A stretch of 63,489 nt of DNA, filler included, from Intoshia linei (Eukaryota > Animalia > Orthonectida), in the NCBI GenBank assembly GCA_001642005.1. It is 6 parts of 6 records of this genome, joined end to end, with 100 filler letters (N's around TTAATTAATTAA, not from the genome) between each part and the next. Parts side by side here need not be neighbours in the genome. Positions count along the whole stretch, not along the records: positions 6,367 to 25,276 come from LWCA01000764.1; 5 more parts are not named here. One strand, given 5' to 3'. Both the position numbers and the translations under genes were made by a program. This document shows, in pieces, positions 12,801 to 25,100 of the stretch; position 1 is the stretch's first letter, and the number at the start of each line of letters is the position of its first letter. The notes under the pieces are model-generated. The model saw nothing but the letters and a program-made list of their open reading frames with translations. It had not been told where the DNA came from and made no database searches.

Positions 12801-13620
12801 AAATAATGGCATATTTTACTAAACATTAATATAATACGTTTAAATCAAATCCTAGGTCAGAGGTGGATAAACCTTTCGATTAGTAGGTCACATGATCGTT
12901 TTCCCACCACTACCAGAATGTATGTGTCTTTATTCGAAAAATTTCACTTTTTTATTAAGTAAACTTTTATATACATTTCTAAGCGAATTGTAACATGGTT
13001 GTTATTATAATAATGCATACATCTTAGTGTCGATAACATTGTCGATTGGATTGAATTGGTAATAAATGGAGAGGTTGAAGAATACATTAAATCTGAAGAT
13101 ATTCCAGAAGATACTCAATTAGGAGCAACCGTGGTTGTAGGAAAAACGTTCAATAAAATTGTTCTTGATCCGACAAAAGATGTTTTAATCGAATTTTATG
13201 CTCCTTGGTGTGGACATTGCAAGGTAAGGTTTTAATATCTGATTTCCATGTTAATTTAGAGTTTGGCTCCTAAATATGACGAATTGGCGAACCAAGTTAG
13301 ACCAGAATCGGATCTAGTTATAGCCAAAATAGATTCAACTCATAATGATTATCCTAAAGATTTTTCAGTTTCTGGGTAATTTGTTACCTTTTGTAAAATT
13401 CATTTCATTTAGATTCCCTACTATATTTTTCGTTCCAAAAAATAATATTCCCCAAAAATATGAGGTAATTTTTTTTATTGTTTTAATTTTTCGAATTACA
13501 CTAAAAATTTTAATTTAGGGTGGGCGAGAAGTTGAAGATTTGCTTGCCTATTTGTCAGAAAATCGAGAAGCAGGGTTGGCTGGATATAATAAGGATGGAT
13601 CTGCTAAAACAGATTTATAA
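6848..13620 (+). CDS. PDIA3: Protein disulfide-isomerase A3 (ERp57/ERp60)-like, 5' end missing
   Basis: Phase-consistent exons 6848-6965, 8591-8701, 9225-9366, 12281-12394, 12432-12734, 13028-13223, 13260-13375, 13413-13464 and 13519-13620. Peptides [73 protein letters not shown]; ends KTDL-TAA. Confidence 0.9.
7809..8267. mobile_element. hAT-type non-autonomous element in a PDI intron
   Basis: TIRs CAGGGGCGGATGCAAG / CTTGAATCCGCCCCTG; internal 7965-8120 matches the hAT transposase 3' end at 36690-36847. Confidence 0.75.
10351..10765. mobile_element. hAT-type MITE
   Basis: Perfect 16-bp TIR CAGGGATGCCCAACCT; subterminal GTCGATCGC at both ends; flanks ACTATAAC/CTATAAAC are an imperfect TSD. 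Confidence 0.85.
11106..12182 (-). mobile_element. Internally deleted Chapaev3-like (CMC) DNA transposon
   Basis: ORF 11620-11817 has [12 protein letters not shown]....[27 protein letters not shown]; imperfect termini start CACTAGAC at both ends. Superfamily assigned from memory of the motif. Confidence 0.6.
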
Positions 13621-14179
13621 ATTATATTAGTTTATTTTTTATTTTTTATTTTTGGTTGCTTTCAATAAATGTTGATGTAATTATTTGTTTTTGAAAATGT
13701 GGGTATTTATTCAACTTTTTATACCAAATAATTGTAGAATTTTCACATGTAGTTTCATCTTTATATTTCAAGAAATCTTTTAATGTCCCATTTTACAGCA
13801 GTCGCAATTTTTTTAAAATCTTAACAAGTTATAACGGTAAAATAGTTTTTGATACATACTTTTTTGTACTATACGTTAAATAGTATATTTTCAATGAAAA
13901 TCATTAATTATATTCAAAATTTATCTGAGACTAAGTAATAATTATTTGTAATTTAATGTTAATTAATATTACATAGTATAACATGACATTTATATTGTTA
14001 TTATGAAAAAATGTCCTGCCTTGCACCCCTGTTGATAAATAAATATTCTTATTTTTTCACATTCAGTATTTAAACATCGCTGAAAGCAATGAAAGTGTAA
14101 GAAGTTGACAATATTACATTTTGTGTCAAGTTTACTCAAATTAGTTTAATATTATCGAAATTTATCTGTCTGGTTAGAC

Positions 14180-14584
14180 CAGTGGTTTTCAACTTTTTCA
14201 TGTTCGCGACCCTGTATGAAAATAAAAATTTTTTGTATATTTCAAACATCATATAAATTTACATAAATAAAAAATATATTTATAACTTTTTCAAATGCTT
14301 GTGACCCTCAAATTCTTTCCATGATGAAAAACCAATGGGTTAGACCAGTGATGGCAAGACTTTTCAGTTGATGTCAAAAAAAAATTTACTGTTTTCTTTT
14401 CTAGTTGCGTGTCACTTTTAAATGATAAATAATCTTAGGTATGTATACTTTTCTATTGTTACACATTTTCGAGTTAATTTTGCCACACTATATTAAAAAT
14501 TTCAAATATTCTGTTTATTATTGTGTCAGGCAGATCTCTGTGCGTGTCATTAGTGACACTCGTTTCATTTTTTTGCCATCACTG
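14180..14584. mobile_element. Two stacked hAT-type MITEs (14180-14337 and 14346-14584)
   Basis: GGTTAGAC-[CAGTGGTTTT..AAAACCAATG]-GGTTAGAC-[CAGTGATGGCAA..TTGCCATCACTG]-GATTAGAT. Confidence 0.8.
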
Positions 14585-14608
14585 GATTAGATATTGAGTC
14601 CAGAAGTA

Positions 14609-17558
14609 CAGTAATGTTTCGATTACAAATAATTTTGATTCTAAATAATCTTGTTTATAGATAATTTGATTGTGAATAATTTGTTTCTAAATAATTTTGA
14701 ATATGTTTACATGATAATTTTCAATTATAAATCAAATTTTTTATTATCTTATTCATATTATTATGCCTCGAATCGTATTATTAATTAAATATAAATTGAA
14801 AATAATACAAGAAGTCGATCAAGGAACACCGAAATTAGATGTATTAAAATATTGAATTTCTAGACAAACTATACAGCATTTGCTGAAATAAAAAAATTTT
14901 ATGGAATCTCCCGTGAACGTTAAAAACGAAAATGTTTACGAAATAGAAAAAACCATTTAATGAAGCAATAGCTGATGAAATGGTTTCAAAGTAAGAGAAC
15001 AGAAAAAATATCTGTTACATCCACCGAATTGCAGGCTAATGCTTTAAGAATCGCAAAAAAATTAAATTTAACCATTTTTAAAGCTAGTTATGGCTGGTTA
15101 AATAATTTTAAAAAAAGATTTAATCTTTGATCCTTAAAAATAACTGGTGAAAAACTATCTGCAGATCATTCATTAATTAATAAATTTAAAGAAAAATTGT
15201 CAGTAGAATTTAATAATGGCCTTATTTTTTGTCAATTGTTCAACGTTGATGAAAGCGGGAACGTTTGAAAGAGTTTATCAAATCGAACCATTGTATCGTC
15301 TTTCGAAAAAACGGCACCAAGATATAAAAAATCTAAAGATCCTTTTTACGTTTATGGCATGCGGAAATGCTAGTGGGTATTTAAAATAACACTATGTGTC
15401 ATCGGCCGTTCCAAAAAACCTAGATGTTTCAAAGGTACAAGTAGACCAGTTAATTATCGATCAAATTCATCAAGTTGGATGACAAGAGATATTTACGGAG
15501 TGATTGTACACTATTTTTTTGAAGGAGGTTGAAAAATATCAAAAGAAAGGCTGTATTGATATTGATAATGCAACATGTCATCCTGAATTAAAAGATGGCA
15601 ATATTAAAACCATGTTTCTACCTTCAAACACAACTAGTTTAATTCAGCCAATGGATCAATATGTCATATGTAACATAAAACAAAAATACAAAAAAATACT
15701 TATATGACCTCACCACAAATCATAATCCAAATTTAAAGGATGCAATTTGTTTGACTTATGAAGCAGGGTGTGAAATTTCTTTAAAATTAATTATTTCTTC
15801 ATGGAAGAATATAATAGATTCTGAAGAAACTGTTTTGGACACAATGATAAATGATAATGAAAACATAGAAGATACAATTAATAACTTATTAAACGTGGAC
15901 AATGAAATAATATATGAAAGATATGACATAAATATGTGGTTCATTGATGGGTCATCTTCATCTTATAATGAAATGGAAGATCAAGAAACATTACAATATG
16001 AAGATAACCCAAAACAAATAAACGAATCATATGGTTCAAATATGATATGTTTAAATAAAACTATATCCTATCTTAACCAAGAAAACTATGATTATTCCAA
16101 TATTTACAAAATTAGAAAAATCAAGCAATAAATTATTCATAGAAAATTAAATAAAAAATCATAACAAATTTAATATATTTTCACATAATAAAACATTTCA
16201 TTTTTTTACATATGTAAATATAAATTGTTCCACATTAACATTAATTTATTGTAAAATTAAATGTAATAATGTTCATTTTGATGTTACAGTGAAATCTTGA
16301 TAATACATAAAGCTAAATTACACAATACATTTATGTAAAGTGGCCAGATATACGTATTTTTTTAATTTGAAAAATAATAAATACGAATAAAAATACGTAC
16401 TCGATAGTTTTTATGTAAACGTAAAAATTTTACTGTATAAATTTGTATAAAAATATGTTTATTGAAGATATAGATTATAGATGCAGCTGAACTTGATATG
16501 CCCAGACAGACGATTGTCACAATAGCTCAACAAAAAGAACAAATTCTGCAACAAAGTGACGATACTAAAAAATTTTTGAAAATCAGAAAAACCTTAAAGA
16601 AAGGACAAACGACCAGATGGATAAGGAAGTTTTTATGCATTTCCTTAAAAGAAGAGAATCCAAGCTTCCTGTATTTGGTTACATGTTGCAGGATTATGGA
16701 CGACAATACCTACAGAAAAATGATCCTACGAGTAAATTGAAATGTAGCTACGGTTGGTTACAAAACTTTAAAAAGAGATTTGCAATTTCAAGAACGTTTT
16801 AAAAACGTTGAATCATTGATTGTCTTGTCTAATAAAATTGATATGGACTCAGAGTTGGATTTTTTAGAAAAATACAAAAAAAATTACAAGATCAAGTCTA
16901 AATATTTGTAGATTAAATTTATTTATAAAACTTTCTCATCATAGTCGTTTAATTAATACAGGGGTGTCAGACTCAATTTGCTGGTCAGGCCAAATGTGAC
17001 ACAAAAAAATATCTTTACTCAACTAATGATTAAATTGATTAAGAAAATTAATAGAATATATAAATAAAGAAATATGTTAAAAATTTTTGTTATAATGCCG
17101 CCCGTATAATTAAACCCTAGTATACTACAGTATGATTATAAAATTATAGATTTTTAATTTTTTTAAATAATGTATAAATTAAAAATGCGGCAATATTCTG
17201 TTTCATAAACATTATTTTAATAAATTGCGGTATTTTTCGTATTTTTAAGAAATAGGCAGTTTTTTGAAAAATAAAATTAATAAATTATAGCATAGATTAC
17301 TCTATTATATACACAATACTCTATATCAATTTAATGTGAAGTTTTTATATTATCTTGAAATATAAAGTTAAATTTAGTATTTGCTGTATGTATTAACAAT
17401 TGTTTTTACTAACAAGTGTTTTTAGAATCAAATTTCCACTGTAATATGAAAACATCATACATTTTCTAATATATAAATAAACTTGTCTCGATTATGAATA
17501 ATGTTTCGATTATCTTGACAATTTTTGTAAAAATAATGTAAACATCGAAACATTACTG
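14609..17558 (+). mobile_element. Full-length decayed pogo/Tigger element, about 2.95 kb
   Basis: TA-flanked 15-bp TIR CAGTAATGTTTCGAT. Transposase pseudogene 14763-16131 (MPRIVLLIKYKLKII, FKASYGWLNNFKKR, FNVDESG, IGRSKKPRCFK, IDNATCHP, FLPSNTTSLIQPMDQ). Second CENP-B-type HTH ORF at about 16498-16900. Confidence 0.88.
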
Positions 17559-18015
17559 TACTACTTTTGGCACTGTTCCAATAGTCTTATTTTGTCGTAG
17601 TAAATAAACTTATAAATTGACATTTAACTTAAATGATCATTTTTCTAATCAAAAACATATTTTGTTTCTAAGCAATAAAAGTACTACTTTTAGTACGACA
17701 AAAATATGGCAGCCTAGGTTAGACTGTATCTGTTCTCTAGATGCTGTTGATTATTAATTTGAATCAAAATTTTGATCAATACATCAAAAATTTTTAATTA
17801 TAGAAATTTACCAATTTATAGATGAAAAATAATAGACATTTGATTCTCTAGTAAAAAAGCCCATCCTGCATTATTTAGACTCATGAATACATATTTACAT
17901 TTAGTTTTAATGAACCTTGATACAGAAATACACTTTATTCCCATGAAAATAGTACAGTTAAGCAGATATACAAAAATATAATAAGTATTTAATGTACAAT
18001 TTGTTTTATAAATTA

Positions 18016-20535
18016 TTAAACATCAAACGGTCTAAAAATGCCAGATTTGGTAACATTATTTTTTGATTTTTTGGATTCATCAAAATGACTTGAAGATTGT
18101 TTACGTTTTTCAGTTTTTGATGTATACTTTTCAATTTTTGACTCTATCACATTTTGAGCCATTTGACATTTTAGTTTATCAATTTTTTGTTTGTGTGCAA
18201 GTGTTAATTGATTAGATATTTGGTTCTGGTACGCAATAGGATCAATGTTTATTTGTGGATAATTAAAGTTTTGAGTGTTTTGAAAAGGGTTTCCAATATT
18301 CAAACCTGTTAATCTCCTTTGATTTAACATTTCCAAGTTTTTATGGTTTGCCTAATAATACAATTAAATTATAATATTATAATACACTGTAATAGTTATA
18401 ATACATGATGAAAATTCGGGATGGACATGCAGCATAGTAGTCAACACTTTATAAGTTTACTAGGTTGACTGTTATGTACTACGTACAAACAGCACCTAGT
18501 TCTGACGAGGGCACATTTTTCTAAACTTAACTAAAACTTTCACAAAAAATATATGAATACTAAAATGCTTTTTTGATCGTGAAGTCATCACTTACTCGGA
18601 TTGAAATCTTTTGTGTGTGTTAACATGATACAACTGTACCACCTGTAAATTTTTATAAATTATAGGGCTGTTTTCATTAAAAAAAAGAGGGTAATTTAAG
18701 ATTTTGGCCCTGAAGATATATTTTTTTTAAATTTAAATTATTGATAATATTTATGATTTTAAAATCCGTATCAGGATATGTATTTTTTTAAATTCTCCAA
18801 CTCGTTTGATTTTCAAAAAAATGAACAATTGGGGTTTTTGACCCGTAATATGTGAATTTTGGAGGTTGAAATTTATCTTATTATCACCCCGAAAAAAACT
18901 GTAATTGAAATGAGAACTTATAATTCTGAGACTGGTAGTTATTGAAATAAAGTAAAACACAAACAAATATTATGTAGCATATTATATAAGTAAGGATATT
19001 ATTACATTATAATTTGAATTCAACAGTAAATCTAAATTGTATTTTTGAGTATACATTTGTGATGCAAGTTTCATTTGTTGTTCCATTTGAAAATCAATAT
19101 AATTATTTTTTTGATGATACATAATTGGAGAATAATTGTTATATATTGGGCTTCTAATGTTTTGATAATTCATTTGATTAACTGTATAAGGCCACATGAA
19201 TGGCATTTTTTGTCTTTTATCTTTCATTCGACGATTTTGAAACCAGACCTAAAAGTAAATATGTATAAAATGTATTAACTTACTTTGCTTTAATTTACTA
19301 ATAATAATTTGATTTAAATGAATATTTTATGACTGCACTAATTAAAAATAGATTTTTTAATTTTTGAAATTTTTAATTAGGATTTAATAAATCCAATCAA
19401 TTTTTCTTGTTACAGGTTAATTGAATTAAATTATTGTGATAAATAATAATGTCAAATTTACAATTATTTTTAATATTTGCAAGATAGTTTAGGTCAGTGT
19501 AATAAATTACACCTAATATTTTTATACTTTCGTTAGTGTAAAATTTACCCTGTAAATGATCAGGGGTATGTTTTTAAAAGTATATAAATATTGACACAGT
19601 CGAGTAAAAATAGACATTTCATAATATACTGTATTATGTAAATTAACAATTCTAACAAATTCAAAATTCAAAAATGAGTGTTTTATAATGTAAAATTGAT
19701 ATTAATTGACATTGTAATTAGTGCTTCTGCAATGAATAATTGTTCTTTGTTTGTTCGTCAATTAATAGAACAACTGAAATTTATTTTATATAGTATTACT
19801 TCATTGGTTAAGTTATATTATTTTTTATGATATTTTTTGACACATTATTTCGTAAAACTATTTCGTTATATAACATAGAAACCAATAAAATTACTTTTTA
19901 GTTATTTGACAATTATTTTATATTTATTTATACATTGACAATTATTTTTACATTAAGAGATGAATTCAAAGTCTAAAGCTTGGGAAAATTTTCATAATTT
20001 AAATTGTATTGTATTTCCATTTTAAATACATTAATTCCAAAATCAAAATCTTGTAAAATACAATTGATAAAAAGAGCATAACTTTATCATATTATTCGAT
20101 TAATTGGTGAACAATCGATGAATAATTGCGGAAACACTAATTGTAATACATGGTACTTGAAATAGTGGTAAATATTTCATCAAGAAACTATTCAGGTGTA
20201 CATGATTCTGGTTTTTCAAGACGAATGATGATGTCGCATGCAACCCTTTACAACAAGTAAAGCTCACTTGAAAGTATTAAAATACATTTTAGTCAAAGTA
20301 ATATCTAAAATAACTCACTTCTTAGGGACAATAGTGCCAAGCTACACTTGTACCGATATATCTTTATATCCATTATAAATTACCTTAATTGTTGATTCAG
20401 GTAAATTTAACGATGATGCAATTTCACAACGTTTAGACCTTGAGACATAGTTTTCTTGGTAATATTCACGTTCAAGTCGAATCAATTGTTCTCGACTAAA
20501 TGCAGTTCGATACCTTCTCAAATTTTCGCCGGAAG
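18016..20535 (-). CDS. evx: Even-skipped homeobox protein (first exon not located)
   Basis: Exons 20535-20384, 19248-19006 and 18351-18016 join in phase: [45 protein letters not shown]|[27 protein letters not shown] and RMKDKRQ are Evx-diagnostic. Confidence 0.95.
18460..18996 (-). mobile_element. Complete non-autonomous Helitron (537 bp) in the last Evx intron
   Basis: Minus strand reads A|TCCTTACTTATATAA ... hairpin ... CTAG|T with no TSD. Related pieces at 6367-6735, 7470-7660, 26270-26810, 27398-27870, 31489-31680, 40430-40760, 41421-41973, 42640-43152, ending 45927, 47845-48400, 56250-56690 and 62040-62300. Confidence 0.8.
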
Positions 20536-21658
20536 CTAAATATAAATTGTTAATTTGATGACATTATTTAAATTTGGAAATGTATTAACATGTCAAATAT
20601 ATTACACTTGTAAATAAAACTTGTTAAAATTGTCAAATATGTTAAAATATTTTTTAAATGTTGTATATAATGATATATACTGTTATGCATTGATATATAT
20701 ATGTATATTAATTGTACAATGATTGGTAATGATTGATCATTTTATTACAATACTTTATTCACTGTGATTCATTTATAGTGAAAATGTATACATCAAAGTC
20801 TAATTCGCCATAAATTTAAAGTTAAATGAATTACATTGTAGATATTGTGTAACAATGCATTATATTACATATTAATTTGATTTATAAAGATTCATTTCTC
20901 CCGCCTACTAATAAAAATTGAAATAAATAGACTCAAATTCATTATATTTATTTAAAACATAATTTTACAATGTGTAATTTGTTATCATATCATTGTGTAA
21001 TAAAATCTTTATTAATAATTACATTAAACATTAATTTAATGCATCAGTTAACCAACAATTAGTATCCAAATTTTACACATAAATCACATTTTTATATCTT
21101 GATAGTTAAATATGTAACAAAATAACGGTAAATGTAATGGAAAATACTATATTGTAGGTGATTAAAACTTCATGGTCAGCAATGGAAAGTATAATACATT
21201 TCAATCTTTATTAAAAAGATCGCTAATATCAAAAAATGCAGTTTAAAAATTGTAATGATATTAATCAAGGTTAGAACTATTAAACTACCTAAATTCTACA
21301 AAAATGATATGTTTAATTATTTCGTAAGCTGAGTAACAGACAACCGTACCTTAAACCATAGAAGCCACAAATAAATTAAGGCAATGTAGAATTTTCTATA
21401 AATGTTTAGTAAAATTATAGCGCCGTTTTTTAAATCTTTCAAATACAATGTGTTCTCCATATTTATTTGCACACAACAGGGCACCCGGTTTGATTGCTGT
21501 AGCTAGGTTAAGGTTATTCCTAAGATTAAAACCCAAAATTAACAATATACGTGGTACATATTGCATTTTTTAGAGTAACTAGTTTCACCTTGACATGAGT
21601 AACTGACTTTGATGTTGACAAAAAAATGAGTTTATGAATTGAAGTTTGCCAACGTCTC

Positions 21659-22150
21659 CAGAGCCATTTTAAGGCATGGGCAGTAGCCCAGGGCCACTCA
21701 TTTAAAAAGGCTCCCAAATTAATAAAAGTACTTTACACTTATATCTTAAAAAGAGGGCCCCATTTATTAAAACATACTTCACATTTATATTTTAAAAAAC
21801 AGTTCATAAGTTTTGAAGTGTGGGAATTCAAATAGCTAGAAAGAAAATAGTTTAAAGAATCAAAGTTCTGGTAAATTATTCAATTTAAAATATATTCTAC
21901 AATATTCATCATATAATATTGACATAAAAACTGTTTCAAATAATAATATTAAACATTAAAACCTTTCTATTAAGTGAATATTCCAAAAAGAAAGTAGGAA
22001 ATCTTTGATTTTCTCTTATTAATTTTTAAAAAAGGGGCCCTAAATTTTTTTTATCGCTTTACTTGAAATACTTTTTTGCTTCGCTCAAAACTTACAGGAC
22101 CTTCGGCCCTTTCTTAGCCCAGAGCCACGAAGTGGCTTAAGACGGCTCTG
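21659..22150. mobile_element. hAT-type MITE with perfect 8-bp TSD
   Basis: AACGTCTC on both sides; TIR CAGAGCCATTTTAAG / CTTAAGACGGCTCTG. Confidence 0.9.
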
Positions 22151-25100
22151 AACGTCTCAATAACATTAAGATTATTACATTTTTCACCGATTTAAATTTA
22201 GAGTTGTAGAAAAAAATTTAGACAATGATCCATTCGATTTAGTCATAATTAACATATTTTTTATTATCCAACATTTGCCTTTTTCAATTTTAAAATGGCA
22301 TATTCCCTAATGTTTAGAATAAGTATCCAATGTTTTGATGCATGATGAATAAGTGAAAGTAATTTTGCACGTAAAAAATACAAAAAAATTTAGACATAAA
22401 GTAAATTTATAAATTATGGACATAATATACTGTGAAAGATACTTTTGAAATTAAACTAATTAAATTTTCATTCGATGAATATAGAAAAATAAATCTTGAT
22501 TAATTATGTTAAAGGCTACTACTTTTTATGATGATAATACAAACATTGTATCGTTATAACAATTTTTAGCATTAATTTTGATATCGATTAATGATAAAAT
22601 TTTGGATTATAGTCCTGATATAAAGAATACAGCTTTATTAATTTAATTTAACATTATTGTAAATTAAAAATTTCATAATAACATGAAAATACAAAAATTT
22701 GGTAAATAATCATTGTAAATAAAGTATAATAAAGTTTATTATAATCATCAAATAAAAACTGAAGTTATGCGACAAGATAATTAGTCAAAGTTCAATTTTA
22801 GTTTATTTACATGTTAAAAATGTTGGAAACAAAATTAGATAGTGTGGCCAGAAAAAAGAATAATAAATTTTAAGCCGAAAATTTTTATTCGTCATCATAG
22901 ATAAGTAGTTTTGGCTTTACATTTATCATCAAATAAACTAAAATTGAAGTATGACTTAGTATCTGGCCCATAAACTAAATTGAAAAAGAGGCTAAATATT
23001 TGGGACAAAATGGAAATATTTATCTCATTTTGCAGCATATCTAAGCAATGTTAATGTTTTTAAAGTTTCAGCTTCGTTTGAAGTGCTTAGTAAACATTGC
23101 TTACTGCATGTTCAATGTAATGATAATTTTTGGTTGGTTTGCATTGCAGTATGATAGAGTTGAACCAGGAATGATATCTATTTTTTTATCATTAAACTCG
23201 TTAACATTTTAATTTTTTATAAACTGTATAGGTATATTTAAAAATCTTCCTAGCTAAAAATGTAACTAAACAAGACATCTAATGATTAGAGCCATGCAAC
23301 GTATATGGGTAGTTTGTGAAACTTTTTTATGGACGGTGTGGAAATATTAAAAAATTTTAACCTTTTCTCTACTAAACAGTGTCTTGTAGGCGTATACTAT
23401 ATATTAAAATACTATTATAAATTAATACATTTGGTTATATACCATATACAATGGTAATCGTTATTGATACCTCTAGTACTGGTTTAATCCTAGAAAGTAT
23501 TAATATAACCGAACCATTTAAAAATATCAATATTTACTAGATTAACATAACCCTCTCTGAAAGGTACACTAGTTTAAATAAATAGTTCACAATCATTCGT
23601 TTGTATAAACTTGTACTATATTATTATTATTCTAATATTATTTATTCAGCTGATATGTTACATTGTACACGCATTATAGAAACCGTAAACATTAATTATC
23701 GATTTTTTTTATAAATATGTAAAACCTCCGTTATTCGCCCGGTTAATTTATATTTATATAGTACTAGTATAGTAAAATTCTGTTATTCGCTGAAAATTTT
23801 TCATATTTTTTCATGTTTATTCCATTTTGGGCGAACAATTTAAATTATGTTTTCTTTTAATAACGGCAGAGAACACGATCAGACTGAAAACCATATCACA
23901 GTCAATAAAATATACGTTAGTAATAACTCGCATGATATCTAATGTCACTGCAGCGACCCAGTATGTATGTTTCGACGAATTTATATATACTGAAATTAAT
24001 GATTTGATAATCTGTTCTAATGACGAGAAACGATTTAACTAGCTGTCTATACCATTTTGGAAGACTAATAATTTTCACACGATAAGATTTAAATTAATTT
24101 AAATATTAATGCAATTAAAATAAAAAAATTTGCATTTATCAACTTAAAAAAAAATAATTTTCGTTAAATTACAATTATATTTGATAAATATTGCGACATC
24201 TTAAAATTAGCAAGTTTTAAATTCATTTAGGAATATATATTATAAATAAATATAAGATTAAAAACCCATTTTAAAATAATTACATTAATTCTAATATACC
24301 TGCTTGTAGACTTAAATATATATTTTTTTTAATACCTGCAAAACATTTATTTTGTTATTGTATAATGTAAAAGTATACATAAATACAACTTGAAAACTAA
24401 AAATTTAAAGTTATATAAAAAAATAAATGGACTTATTTATATAATAATGAGAAATGTTTATTCAACATATTCAAATGTAATACAGTAGTCAGATAATCTA
24501 TAATTTAATAACCTAATTTGTACATGTCCAAATTAACGTTTAATTATCACATAAGTAAATTTATATTACATTTTATCTAATTTCAAATTATCGTGATATA
24601 AATTTAATATAAAATATGCATTGCAGATTATGCAAGTACTTAACATTTATAATTATATAATAATCTAGCAATTAGATAATTTCATGTTTTAAAATTGCTA
24701 ACTAATAGTATACATATTGCATTAAATACAATAATTATTCATTTATCTTAAAATTAAAATAATTATAATTATTGTCCAATTTTTGCAATTCTGCAGTAAA
24801 TTTCAAAATTTTTTCTCAGTAATTCAATATAGAAAATCGAATTATGATGTTTAATTGCATTATTTAATTAAAAATATAAATTATCGACAATTAATCTTCC
24901 ATAAACATTACGAGATAAATTTATATTATTAAGTATTATTTTAATACACGTTATTTCGAATGTTTCAATCAGATTAATATTTACCTATATATCTTGTATT
25001 CTAGATAAGTCTTCGATATTCTATAATTCCATGTTTGAATAGTACGCCTCATTTAAATAGGGCTGTATATGTGTATGTGTATATGTGCTGTTTGTACGAA

